Part shown: piece by piece, positions 25,284 to 39,510 of the stretch
Layout of the letters: every line of letters begins with the position of its first letter
Position numbering within the stretch: position 1 is the first letter of the stretch
Assembly: GCA_964016885.1 (NCBI GenBank)
Contig: OZ024743.1
Coordinates: 150,598,001 to 150,662,000, forward strand
DNA from: Eledone cirrhosa
Lineage: Eukaryota
Reading direction: 5' to 3'
DNA length: 64,000 nt
The notes under the pieces: model-generated
What the model saw: the letters and a program-made list of their open reading frames with translations, nothing else
Databases searched by the model: none
Told to the model about the DNA's origin: nothing
Position numbers and translations under genes: made by a program

Positions 25284-25720
25284 TGTGTTGGTAAGTTACC
25301 GACGCTTCAGTATGCAGGGTAGAGCACTCAATGAAGCGCGCAGTTGTGTCTGTTTAATCCGGAGTAATTTAAAACAACAAGTGTAAGTTAACAGGTTTAA
25401 ATTAACTTTGTTTATTCATATTCGCTGTTATATATATGTTGGTGATAACCATTATTCAATAGCTATGACCTCACCAGACAGCTAGAACTTGAACAGAAAA
25501 AAACAGAAAAACATAATGGTGGAACAAAGTTTACCTTTGTTATTTCGATCTTTTGAAAAGACCAGTCCAGAAGTATGGTGTTTTTTTTTCTCAAAGAACT
25601 GGTGGCATATGATTTAGAATGAACGAATTCAAGCATCAGTAGGATTTACCTTCCTCCCATTGGTCAGATTCAGTTTTACTACTCCAATATCAAGTCTATT
25701 GAATTTCTTAGATCAGTTGT
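25284..25720 (+). mobile_element. possible degenerate Ty3/gypsy LTR + PBS + gag start
   Basis: TGTTGG start, tggtgataacc PBS-like site at about 25440, downstream FEKTSPEVW(F) resembling a gag N-terminal F...P..WF motif. Weak evidence. Confidence 0.3.
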
Positions 25721-25756
25721 CCTGGAATCAGGTCAGTTGGCTAGGGTTGTTTTTAG

Positions 25757-26338
25757 CAACCAACTATAGTAGCTGTATATACCTAAAAAATAGGGGTGTT
25801 TTGCTCTAGACAACCTGACTATATTAGTAGCAGTTGTGTGGAGGCACATGGGTTAGTCGTTAGAGCATTGGCCTTGTAATCGAAAGGTTGTGAGTTCAAT
25901 TCTCAGACGAGGTGATGTGTTGTTTCCTTGAGCAAGACACTTTATTTCACATTGCTCCAGTTTACTCAGCTGTAGAAATGAGATGATAGGGACTGAGGTC
26001 CCTATCATTTCACTGTAAAGTGGACGTGTAGGCGCCACGGCAAAAAAGCACCCAGCACTCACTGTAAACGAGGTTGGTGTTAAGAAGGGCATCCAGCTGT
26101 AGAAATCAAACCAGAATCAGTTCCCGTCCCACCCTTGCAAGCAGGGAAAAGCGGACGTAAAATGATGATGATGATGATGATGATGATGATGTGTTAATAT
26201 GGTCTAACCACTCCTCATTTTGTGGTAGTATTGGAGTTGTAGTGAAAAATTCACTAATACTGCCACTAATACAGCCAGGCAATCTAGACCAAAACACCCC
26301 TATTTTCTAGGTATATACAGTTACTATAGTTTGTTGCC
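25757..26338. mobile_element. MITE-like element with about 80-bp TIRs, interrupted by a SINE
   Basis: gcaaccaactatagtagctgtatatacctaaaaaataggggtgttttg... (25757-25835) is the imperfect reverse complement of 26259-26338. Confidence 0.75.
25838..26190 (+). mobile_element. tRNA-CORE SINE with RTE-derived 3' end and (GAT)n tail
   Basis: A/B boxes (tgggttagtcgttag, gagttcaattc), CORE-like tccttgagcaagacactttatttcacattgctcc, then ggttggtgttaagaagggcatccagctgtagaaa shared with the RTE 3' UTRs here. Confidence 0.8.
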
Positions 26339-27091
26339 CATGTGATATCAATGTGAAGGCAGACATATAGACATACACACATACACATATGTATGTATGA
26401 TGGGCTTTTACAGAGTTTCTACATACCAATTTCATTTGCAAGCCTCTAATAGAAAACAATTGCACAAGGTGCCACACAATGGAATCAAACTAAAAATCAG
26501 AAATGTTGCATTTGGAATTTTGTATTCCCTTTCAGAGCCAGCATTGCTGCTACATACACATGAATATCTTAGACTACAATGCCACTCAACTGCATGTAAT
26601 GTAGTTACTCATTAATACATGTCAACCTTTCGACCACCACTGTGCTTTGTCTCCATTTTGTCGTATCCTCTGTGACTACAGTGGCTTCTATTCTTTAGAG
26701 ATGGTTAGTTTTTTTACTGCTACTGACCTGGCTCACCATCATATTTGACTTTTTCCTCTCATTGCTTTTATTATTGTGTATCTTCCTATGTCCTATACAA
26801 ATCACTATGCCCAATCTTTTCTCTGCATAATGTCAGCTCTCTGGATTACCATCATTGTCCATCATTTATGTGTCAGTCACTATCTTACAGTTTATTTTAT
26901 CCTTTTATTCCTTTACTGGCTGTTAGGAATTAGTCTGCAGCTATGTAATGGCACACCTAAAGTCATCTATATCGACCCCAGTAATTTATTTTTTCAAGTG
27001 TTGTACTTATTCTATCAATCTCTTTTTTGTTGAACCACTAAATTATACAACAAAAACAATAAATATAAATACATGGCATAGACACACACAA

Positions 27092-27133
<42 letters not shown>

Positions 27134-27357
27134 ATATATATACATATATATATATATATATAAACAAATGTATCTCAAATATGGAGTTTGAAATGTGAGT
27201 GTATTGGAATTCATAGCGTAATTGGAAGAACTCAGTGCAAGGAAGGTGTTAAAATAGCTGGCAATGGCGGCACTGGGTAAAATTTACCACAAAGGTTAGA
27301 AATCATTGGCTAGAAGTGAGTTCTTCCAATTACTCTATGTATATATATATATATATC

Positions 27358-27622
27358 GTTCCACCCTTGCAAGCAGGGAAAAGCGGATGTAAAATGATGA
27401 TGATGATGATATATATATGTAGGCAACACGGTAAAAACCTCCCAGCCCCATACTGTAAATGTGGTTGGTGTTAGGAAGGGCATCCAGCTGTAGAAAACCC
27501 GCCAGACAGTCCTATGCGAGCAAGACAACCACTCTTGCCTCAAGTGGGAAAACCCCCGTCCAAACCCATGCAAGCGTGGAACAGGGACGTTAAATGATGA
27601 TGATGATGATGATGATGATGAT
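27358..27622 (+). mobile_element. two tandem 5'-truncated RTE-type 3' tails
   Basis: gcaagcagggaaaagcggatgtaaaatgatgatg and aggaagggcatccagctgtagaaa...gacgttaaatgatgatg. Confidence 0.8.
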
Positions 27623-27642
27623 ATATATATATATATAAATAT

Positions 27643-27837
27643 ATAGGAACAAGTAAGACCCCGACGGCTGAGCTCAAGCCGTTTCGACGGCTAATTCTAG
27701 ACTCCAGAATTAGCCGTCGAAACGGCTTGAGCTCAGCCGTCGGGGTCTTACTTGTTCCTATTACCCACTCTACTACCCTAAGTATTGAGTACTTTGGTGC
27801 GTTATGGTCCACCTGGTTCCTTACCACATTTCCTTTG

Positions 27838-27840
<3 letters not shown>
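27643..27840 (+). mobile_element. fold-back PLE pseudo-LTR remnant in (TA)n
   Basis: Perfect 56-bp inverted arms (27643-27698 and 27706-27761). The right arm holds a hammerhead 3' half, GAAA-cggct...agccg-TC-gggg. Confidence 0.7.
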
Positions 27841-27878
<38 letters not shown>

Positions 27879-27881
<3 letters not shown>

Positions 27882-27978
27882 GGTGTCCCAAAAAATGTAT
27901 ACACACTTTGATTGCCTGCACAAGCAGTATTTATTAGAATGCTGTTGAAGTGTGTATACATTTTTGGGGGACACCCTG
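27879..27978. mobile_element. 100-bp Tc1/mariner-type MITE
   Basis: About 30-bp TIRs cagggtgtcccaaaaaatgtatacacactt / aagtgtgtatacatttttgggggacaccctg, with TA on both sides. Confidence 0.88.
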
Positions 27979-28491
27979 TATATACATATGCTAAAAGCAA
28001 ACGCAAAACAATACTCCAAAACGATAGAGTACAATGAATATATACATTAGTTTAATGCTTTATATAATAGGAAAAGAGTCTATATCATGGGCTCCCACAC
28101 ATTTTCTGTTTACCAATTTTCACTCACAAGTTATCTATCAACCCGAGTCTGTAGTAATAGAGACTTGAACATGTTACACAATGAAATTTAAGCCAAAACC
28201 ACGTGGTTACAAAACAAACTCCTTGGCCACACAACCATGCCTACATCTGTTCATGAACATCAACCAGATCTTCCTCACTGGTCATGATGGGCATGTGAAG
28301 GCTATAGGTACAGCCCCTACCTCTTGTTCAAATCATTATGAAAAATGAAATTATGTGTTTGAAACATATTGTTTAGAGAACTGTTGATTAAGTTTATAAG
28401 TCATGCCACAACATATAATTTTCATTTCATTTCTATTTTTTTATAAACATACACACCACTGTCAATTTCACCCATTCAAATCATCATTATC

Positions 28492-28662
28492 TGGTAGAGG
28501 GTTGGATACAATGCTTTGTAACATAGAGTTATGCCCTTTTACAGTCTGAGTTCAAATCCCACCGAGTTTAACTTTGCCTTTCATCCTTACGGGGTCGAAA
28601 AAATAAAGTACCAGTAATGCACTGGGGTAATTGTTGGCCTTGTGCCAAAAGTAGAAACAATT
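28492..28662 (+). mobile_element. SINE family A (slightly 5' truncated)
   Basis: Matches 2898-3084. Confidence 0.85.
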
Positions 28663-31600
28663 ATCATTATGTGTTTAAAATCATATTTAATCAAATACTC
28701 TGAATTATGTATATATATATATATATTTATTTTAAAGATAATGTAAACTGATTTTGGCATGTACAATGGAAAATGAAAAAATAAAATGTGAACAATAATA
28801 CTAAAAGGACAGCTTTATAAACAAGATACCATCATTGATTTTTATCCAAGATTTTTGTCCAAAATCTTTTACTTTTTACACAAAGCGAAGACAATTAATT
28901 CAAAAGATTTGTGAGGCATTAAATTTGTATATCTATGAAAGGTGCATTTTAATAATGTGATTATTGGATAGCAGTAAAATAAGGAGTAGATTTTAAGGTT
29001 TCTGTTATGTATATTCTTATGTTAGATATAAGCCTTTAGATATACTGTTATACCGAAATATCTTGAGTTTGAATTGAATGCATTGCACAAGAATTTTAAA
29101 GGAAGCATAAATCTATTATGCTGAAACATTTTGTCCATTCTTATTATAACCTCCACACACAAAAAAAAAAGATTATTTGAAGATATCTTTATTCTTTCAT
29201 TGGAGAAGGATTTATTCACAATTAAATTATTAAATCTTCCAAAGCCCAAACGAATGAGAAAGGAATATTTAATACCTTAACATTTTGTAATAGGATACCT
29301 ATTGCTCGTTACTTGGTTTAGTATAGGGAGAAATGATTGAGCTAGATAAAAATCACAAATAATACATCTGTCAAATATAGTTAGCAGCATGAATTTTTAT
29401 TAAAACATACATTTGAATATTCATTGTTTTTACATCTAAGATATAATTTTATGTGTAACTCAGTATGAAGTTAAGAATAAATTCACAGTAACAAAAGAAA
29501 ATATTAAATAATTTTAAATAATATTTGAAGAAAATATTAAATAATTTAAAATAATATATGAAGATTAATACATAAAGAACTATATAAAATTCCACGCATT
29601 ATTATTCATTTTGTGAATATTTGCAGCAAAATTCCCTCAAGTATATTTATATCCAATAATGAGTTTCAATAGTTTGTAATCAACTTCTAGATTGTTTTAC
29701 TTGAAATCTATTGACTAAATCTTAATTTCAGTTTCTACAAAGCTGAAAATTAGATATTTTTGATTTAATGAGTATGACTTTTAAATGATAGTGTCCAGTT
29801 GTAGGAAGAGATTTATGGTACTAAAGAAAGAATTCTGTGCTAGAAAAAGATCTTCTTAAACTGGTGAGGTGACCTCAAGAAGTCACAGGCAGTGTTCTCC
29901 CTCATCTGACTATATCATGAAAATATATTATGTACCTCTATTTTAACATATTTTAAGTGGGAAGATCAACATACTCAAATCTGATGAAGCTTCATTAGTC
30001 AAAGACTTTATTTACTGAACTTTAATTTGTCTCACTCTACAGTAGGTTTTCACTGAATGTGTGCCTTATGAAGACAGTAATTACTTTACTCTCAAAATAA
30101 TAAATACCTTAACTTTATGTATATTTAACTTAGGTTTCTCCACCTGATTTTAATTCCTATATTTTACATTCAAATAATGGTAAAGTCTATAACTTATTAA
30201 CTAGTATGGACATCATTGAAGATGTGTCTAGGAGAAATGAGTAATGATTGAACCCTGCATTGCAAGCTACTAAAATTGTTCTGTTTACAGTACTACCAAT
30301 GTTTACTACAGAGAACTATATTCGTATTAATATTTAGGCAGACTGATTAATGAGAATTAAGTGACTTGACCACAGACACCTTGTCATGCTGGTGACAAAT
30401 ACAAACTACCAACTCTTCAGATAGCAGCCCAATAGTCTATTAACTTGGCCATCTGCAACTTTTGTGATATATTATCACGTATCGAGTATAAGCAACATGA
30501 AACATCTTTTCATACAGACATTAATAATTCAATAAAATTATTTATTTGCATGTGTTTCAAAAGCAATTTAATCCAATCACAGGAAAAAGTAAATCCAAAG
30601 TATTAATAAAAAATTGACGTCTATTTCAAATTAAATTAATAAATGCTTCAAAATTGCAAGGAAGCATATCATCAAAATTGGATTTTTCTAGCTTTCAAGA
30701 GGAAATTGGTATTAAAATTGATCTATAAATTGATCTGATAGAGCTCTATGAAAAGAAATAGATTTAAAGGGTTACAAACAAACAAATAAAAAATGTATGC
30801 CAGGTAAAAATAGAATTGTCTTCTAAATAATCTAGAGTTTCACTTCTTTGCAACAATAGCAAACTGTGCCAGTTTGAGTTGTTAGTTTTCCTTCCTCAGT
30901 CAGCAGAAGTAATGTTGCTGTAAATGTTACATTTTTTGCCACAAACAATTATTTTCTTTTTGCTATCCTTACTCCTACTAGACACATGGCTTAATGGCTG
31001 TAGTGTTGGATTTAGGATCATAAAGGTGCGAGTTCAATTTCTAAACTGGTTGGCAATGTGTGTCCTTAAGCAAAGCACTTCAATGACTCACTCTGCTGCT
31101 GCTGCTACTACTACTGGTGTTGCTGCTGCTGCTACTACTACTAGTAGTAGTAATACCACCACCACCACCAATCAAATGCTTAATTGGGATTTTTCTGCAG
31201 ACACCTAGAACTCCTGTGGCTCCTATCAAATATTAACCCATACAAATTCTTACTAACCTTCAACAAACTTAGCATTAGTAAACTCTTTTAAATAGAAAAA
31301 CATTTAAAAGTTGCTGGTGTTAGAAATAAAAAAGATAGATACTGTGCACACATAGACACAAGTGGAGGGTTTTAACAATTAAATAACTAAGGCAAAACGT
31401 TTTCACTATTCATACATATATTTGTTTATTGTTCTTACAGAAAACTTCAATATTATTTATTTTATTCCATTTTATTGTTTATAATTTTGTATCTTTCATT
31501 CATAATTTGAAGTTCTTCACTTAAACTACTTAACAATAAAGACACAGACACTGATTGTGAATTTCAAACATCAAATCTGATTCAAAAACATTTTGATTTA

Positions 31601-32073
31601 CATATTTGTGGACAAGTAAACATTTTATTACAAGAACACAAACTTAATCCTATACAAATTATACAAACACATATGTACAACTATTTGAATAAATAAAATA
31701 ATTTATGCACATGCAAAAAGGAATATTTAAAAAAAGCTATAGAAGGATGACCATTTTTATAACTAAAATGAAAAAGATTTTTTTTTTTAGTAAAATTTAT
31801 TTGATTAAAAAAAAACATTATATTTGGCTTCACTGAAGCTGCAGTCTGTATATTAGTTTCTGTTCTTAAGTCTTTCTTAGTTTACACATTGTTACAACTA
31901 TTATGGAAAAGTAAATAAATAAAATAAGTCAATCATCGTTTCTGACAAGTATGCTTCATTGTTTGGTGTCTAAATATGCCCTCAATGCCTTTTCATCCAT
32001 TATTCCTCACTAATCTTCAGCTAATATCTGTCATCTTTCTCAGTTAGGGTGATTTGTATAATAGGAGCTAATG

Positions 32074-32183
32074 GGAGGAGGAGGAGGAGGAGGAGGAGGA
32101 GGAGAAGAAGAAGAAGAAGAAGAAGAAGAAGAAGAAGAAGAAGAAGAAGAAGAAGAAGAAGAAGAAGAAGAAGAAGAAGAAGA
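32074..32183. repeat. (GGA)n-(AGA)n compound microsatellite
   Basis: Seen directly. Confidence 0.97.
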
Positions 32184-33469
32184 ATGCTAAAGAGAAAAGT
32201 AAAAGATGATCTTTTAAAGTTGTTCATAAGTGACAGAATTTATTCCTGTGATAGAATTATGAAAATCTATACTTTGAGATCTGTCATATCTTGCCAACGC
32301 TTGAATGAGAAAGGATCAAGTATGAAGCAACAGCAACAATAATAATGATGGTGATGATGGTGATAGCAAGAAAAGTTAAAAACAACAATAACTTTAAGAC
32401 CTCCAGCATTTATCTTACTACCACTTCCACCTCAGCATCAAACTTCTACTCTAATAGTTCAGTGTTAAACTGTCTTTCAATTTACAAACAATTTAATTAA
32501 CAGATTTATAAATATATTTTACACAAGTATCAGAATCTTTTTTGTTTTAATTTTTTTGTTTTATTTCTTTTGTCTAATTTCTCTTTAAAAGCAATAAATA
32601 GACAAAATATAGCTAAAATTGAAAGATTATATATGTGTTATAAATAATCCCAGTTCCACAACATTTACATCTATAAACTTTGTACCACCAGTGCTCCTAC
32701 CCCAACTCCAACTTCTTATTACATACAAACCACAAAGTTTATTGCTCTCTGAGACAAAGTATTCATCTTCAATCTCCAACTTATCTCTTGCAAATTATAT
32801 TCGATACGCCAGCTTCTTTCTGAAAAGTGATGGCTCTAAATATAATCTACCTCTTGGATTTCTTCAACAAAGACCTCCTATTTCCTCATTATCATCATCA
32901 TTTAACATTTTGTCCTCCTGTGAGCAAAGGTTTCTTCTTCATACTTTTAAATAGATCTGTTATTGCTAACTACTTCAACCACCACAAGTTTTTTAACAAC
33001 CATATATTAAATTATGGACCTCTATCCTAACTCACAACTTTCTGAAATCAACGTCCTTAGTACAACTCTCTTTCACTCTCTCATTTTTTCTCTTATGATC
33101 ACTCTCACTATACATCAATATAATAACAATATGAACAATATGATAATAACAATATGAAACTAAGAAATATATCATATAAAATCTTATGCATTTTTATTTC
33201 ACAATGTTATTAGAAAAAATATTAAAATCCTCTTAAATTGATTAGAGAATGTATTGATTAAAAATTAATACAAATTTAAACATAAATACAATTATCCTAT
33301 CATATATGTGATTCATAATCCAGTTAATGCATATTATTTATTACAATAATGAGGATTTATAATATTGATACAGAGCCACAACTTTGCAAGGAAAAAGTAA
33401 AGTCAAATGCATTAGGAAACCCTGAATCTGTTGCAGCCTCAGAATATATGTGGGTATCTAATAGCAGCT

Positions 33470-33850
33470 ACTCTTCTTCTTCACCCACTTATTCCTGAAA
33501 GGGTCATGGGACAGTGTCTTCAGATACTCTTTCCAACAATCCTGTCAGAAGCAACCATTTCCAACTGATCCGGCTGGATCCCCAAGTGAGACCAGCGAAG
33601 CTCATGAATGTTATTCAACCATCTTGCTCTGGGTCTCCTGCTCAAATCTATAGTACTAGAGCCATGGCTATATCTAACCGGTAGCATCTAATCTTTTCCA
33701 CTAGTTTCTGCTCCTTACTCATAAGTGTTATGATGTTCCAGGTTCCAATTGTGAAGGTTTTCTCCCTTCCTAACCCTCTTTGGGGTCTTGGGTTATGTAA
33801 TCTTTGTGTGTCCATCCTACACTTATTAGGACAGGTCACAGGTCCATTGC
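33470..33850 (-). mobile_element. internally deleted (bipartite) RTE/Expander-like element
   Basis: APE start TFTIGTWNIITLMSKEQKLVEKIRCYRLDI is joined near 33645 to the C-terminus RRPRARWLNNIHELRWSHLGIQPDQLEMVASDR; (AAG) tail. Confidence 0.7.
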
Positions 33851-34717
33851 TAGTTTTTATGACATGAAATGGAGATTGGTAAAAGCCTAGATTTCAATCT
33901 AGCCTGTTATCTTACTCATACTTATATTATCACTCCTTGACAGTACAATAATCAATATTGACTCAGGTAAGATTAGTTCTTAGTACCATAAGGTAACTAA
34001 ATGACTAAACCACATAGCATAAAGAATATTTCCTTCTCCACTAATGCATTTAATAATACACTCAAAACAAACAATTAAAATATTACATCTAGATTTTTCT
34101 CATCTTCTATAGAAAAAATAACAGAAAAAAAAAAATGAAAAAATTGCAAAAAACAAGCAAAGAAATTACATTAAAAAGTTAATAGCGAATTAAATAGCAA
34201 AAAAAAAGTGTGAGCAGTTCAGAGAAATAAACTGCAAAGCAATCAATGAAAGCTTTCTAAGAATTTAAAGAAATACCTTCAAACACAACTACATTTATAT
34301 ATTTATTATAGTTAACTAGAAGTAACATTTATTGCTTAATCTTCACTTAGACTTCTTCACTCAGGTACTACATATATTTATTTTTATTCTTCTGATAATA
34401 AAATCAGTTACATTTCCTTTTTATCAATAATATCTATTCTTCAATTTTATCAATCTAGTCATTCATTGCTATATATTAATCTAACCAACTTTAGTACAGC
34501 CTGAGGGCATGCACATTTTAAATATTGCTTTATTTTAATTTTATATCTTCTATTGAATTATTTATTAATTGGAATGTGGCAAACTAAAAACAATAAAGAA
34601 ATGACAGGTATTTGACTTAATAAAATGTTTCCTTGTTCTCTTCTTTCCTAAACCCTCAAACAATTTGAAAGTGAGATCGATATCACCACTTTGAATAATC
34701 TATTCTGTTTCACTTAC

Positions 34718-34825
34718 AGTGATCCAAGTGGAACAGATGGTTACTAAGAACTGAGCATCACACCAGCTTTTTATGGGAAATAGTAATTGGGAGAGATGGC
34801 AGCCAGCTTGAGGTGAGAGCACCAT
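34718..34825 (-). CDS. candidate first coding exon of an unidentified host gene (MVLSPQAGCHLSQLLFPIKSWCDAQFLVTICSTWIT)
   Basis: ATG at 34825 with an in-frame stop 6 codons upstream, 36 open codons, then a perfect GTAAGT donor (34717-34712, phase 0). Sits in a non-repetitive, GC-richer island. No homology recognised. Confidence 0.45.
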
Positions 34826-35330
34826 GAAGTGGGGTGGTTGTTACAGCGGGTGTCTCTGACCGTTCTCTGATGTAACACTTTTGCGGTTTTGTTCACAGGG
34901 TGCAGCTGAGGTACAGCCCCTTCTCCCTCTCCCTTTCTTTCGTTGCTTGATCCTTCTTTCCTTTTCTTCTTCTCCTTTTCGTTTTCTTTTTTTTTTTTCC
35001 TTTAATAGTGTTTTGTTTTTCTTATACTGCTCAATATGTACTTGTACTATACATTAATTAATAAATAGAATGAACATCATTTTTTTTTAAATGGGAGACA
35101 GCAAAACTGAAAGCATAAGACAGAGGTAGGTGGCAGTAAAAAAAAAGGAAAAACAAACAAAATAGGTTAAAAAAATTAAAGCAAAAAAAAGTGTGTTGTT
35201 AAAAATCACTGACATCTAAGCAACTGACTCAGCCCCTCCGCCATCCCAGCTGCTTTCTTCCTCCCAGCAGATCTAAGTGCCTCTTCCTATCCTAACACAT
35301 CTTCCTGTCACAATGACAGCAGGGACCAAA
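34826..35330 (-). promoter_or_regulatory. putative 5' UTR / proximal promoter of the candidate gene
   Basis: GC-richer unique patches, a long purine tract on the minus strand, and TGACTCA (AP-1-like) at 35225-35231. Inference only. Confidence 0.25.
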
Positions 35331-35390
35331 ATATCAACACTAATATAGGAGGAAATTCATGAGGAAAATATAAACAAAAAATATTCTTTG

Positions 35391-36520
<1,130 letters not shown>

Positions 36521-38639
36521 GAGAAACAGACAGAAAGACAGACAGATGGATGAGTGTTTTACATTTCCATATGTGCATGTAACTAATAACATATATAATG
36601 ATATATAGAGAAATAGTAAGCAGATTATATAATATAATACTAATGTTGATGTTTATGTTTGGACAGCATGTAGAGTCAATGAAGCTTCTAGCACCATTAT
36701 AATGTAAAAAGCAGTCTAGTCTAAAAGGTAAAAGAAGCATTGTATTCCATTATATATTGGAGTCTGATGCTATAGTTATTTCAATTTTCATTCATAGATC
36801 AAAGTAAAATAATAATTGCAAACATGTATACATTAGAGTATGCACACTTCCTTGTTTATGCATATATGAATGCATAACAATGCATCATTTGCCAGAAGGG
36901 TTGAATATTATGTGCATATATTTCAAAAGTAGCTAAAAAGCATTATTTACTTAAAATAGTAAATGAGTTAAATCAAAATATGAAAAAAAAAAAATAATAA
37001 TTTATCAGGGACGGTAGGGTGGTGTTAGAATTAAATTGATTTAGTGGAACAAAAGAATCTCTATGTAGTAAATTGATATGTTAGAAATAACAGCCAAATC
37101 TTTTCTGTCATCTTTATGTTGCCATAAAATACGATGGAATGGTCACAACTGGAATACTGTTGATAATAGATCTGCTCTAACAAGGCTAACCTGTGAGTCA
37201 AGAACTATAGTTAACAACTATAGTTAACAACTATATTTCTTTAATACTTTCCATACTAAACTACTTGAAAATGCCCCTGTTTCAATGACAGAAAACAATT
37301 TAATTTGTTTATATTTATATAAAAACCTTCCATCATAATTTTATGAAAGAAAATTTGTTATATTATATCCAAATTTAGTTCCTTTTAGATTCCTGGTTAT
37401 TTTCAAAATCACATGAAAACCATAAGTAGTCTTTTTCATTATAAATATAGTAATGAAAGGGTTAAGCAATGATATATAATGTTTATAACATGTAGTAATT
37501 CCTGCCATTATTGATGGCTGACATCAGAATTAAATATTTTGATAGGATAAGTTTTTTAACTCTATGATAGTTCTCAATAAAAAAAATTGAAACTTTTGAT
37601 TATTTTGTCAAACTGCAAAAAGTGACAGACATGGTTATGTGGTTAATAAGTTTGCTTTGCAGCCATGTGCTTCCAGGTTTGATACCAATGCACAGCACTT
37701 GGGCAAATAAATGTTGGCCAATACCTCATAAGCAGAAATTGGTAGATGGGAACTGTGCAGAAGTCTGTATTCACACACACACCACCTAAGTGTGTGTGTG
37801 TGTGTGTGTGTGTATACTTATATATATGAATAGTGACAAAGGCTCTGTGTGGTTACTAATAAATATTGTTGAGTGAACGTAAGAGAAACACAAACATAAG
37901 AACAATTCCCGCTTTTTGGCTGTCTGGTGTGGGTTCTGATTTCAAACCCTGCCGAAGCCATCTTTGCCTTTCATCTTTCCAGGATGGATAAAAAAGAACC
38001 AGTAAAATATTGAGTTTGGTATAATCAATTTTCCTCTTTTCTTCAAAATGGTTTTGGGCCTAATTTAGAAATTATTATAAAAAATGTTACCTTGAAATCT
38101 GCTCCCTTAAATGTGAGTGTAAGTAGCAGATGCTTTACAATCAATGATACAACACAACAAATTTACAGGGAAGAGTATACATGCATGGTCTGGTAAATCC
38201 TGAGAGTGTTGATGGGGTGCCATATTGACATACAACATTTTTAGGGTATTTTTAAACTTGGCAGAGCCCATCTTCTCTCCAGGTCTGAGTATAACAAATT
38301 TATTCCAGAGAAAGATAGAGAATAAGAGAATGGAAGTGAGAATGAAATATAGAGGAAGAATTGACTACAATGATAGACTGGTGCTTTTTTTATGGATAAA
38401 AGTCAAAGTTGACTTAGGTGGAATTTGAACTCAGAGAGCCTCAATGAATACTGCAAAGCATTCTATCTGACGTTCTAATGGCTCTGCCAATTTGCCGCCT
38501 ATAAGGAAGAGTATAGTCTATCCAACTAACTCCCAGTGTTTCTATTTCATTCTGAGAGAGCCTCCATCAATTCTTTTGAAATCCTTGAAGTAAGCTTGTT
38601 TCTCTGACTCGCTTGGCGAACTTAGATTTTGATTGTGCT

Positions 38640-39510
38640 AACTTCAATGCCTCATAAAGTCAGGTTTAGAATTCCTGTATACTTCAACCATGGATCCTAA
38701 TAATATCTTCTGGTTGGTTTGACAAACAATAATTTCTTTGCGTATATTGTATTTTCTGCTCAACATACAAGTCCGATATACTTGAGGTGTTGTGCATAGA
38801 TGAAGTATCATAAGGGGCAGTCTTGATTATATTTTGTATTTCTATGTTAGTGTATGCAAAATTGTATTCTCCTTCATCATGATTGACTCTGCGTCAATCC
38901 CCTTTAACCCTGCTTCTTTGAAATTAAATCCAGCATGCTTCCATTTTTCTTTTTTCAATTTATTTTGGAAGCCAAGATTGTACTTCATATGTTAATTTTG
39001 AGATCTTACAAATACTTTAAGTAACTTTCTTCTTGTGTTCATATTAACATTGTTGACTTAGTACCATTCTCAGTTTGTTAAACTTAGCTGTTGCTTTTGA
39101 TATTTTCAGCTCTACTGAAATTGATTTTGGATCACTAGAAATCACCTTTTCCAAATCAATGAATTCTTTCATATTCTCCATTGCATTTTCATCTATTCTG
39201 AAAAGTGACTTCCCTGCTAGCTTACTGTTGTTGAACACTTGAATTTTCATCTTCTTGAATAATATTGTTAGCTCAAATCTTTTATAAACATTGTTAATGA
39301 TATTGAGCAATTTCTCAGCTACATCTACTGTGCTGGAGAACACTACTATATCATCAGCATATTGAACCCAACAAATAACATAAATTCCCTATAAGTGTCC
39401 ATGGTTCTTCTGTTCTCTATTTGAACATATATATAGAATATTGTATTCAAACTCAATTCCCTATTCTTTGCGGAACACTTCATCAACTGCAACTTTTAAC
39501 ACATATTACT
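38640..39510 (-). mobile_element. old non-LTR retrotransposon RT fragment (RTE/RTEX-like)
   Basis: WVQYADDIVVFSSTVDVAEKLLNII...KKMKIQVFN...ENMKEFIDLEKVIS...ELKISKATAKFNKLR. Confidence 0.7.

Noticed and set aside
32021-32342. Poly-Arg / poly-Leu ORFs
   Set aside because: Translations of the (GGA)n(AGA)n microsatellite.
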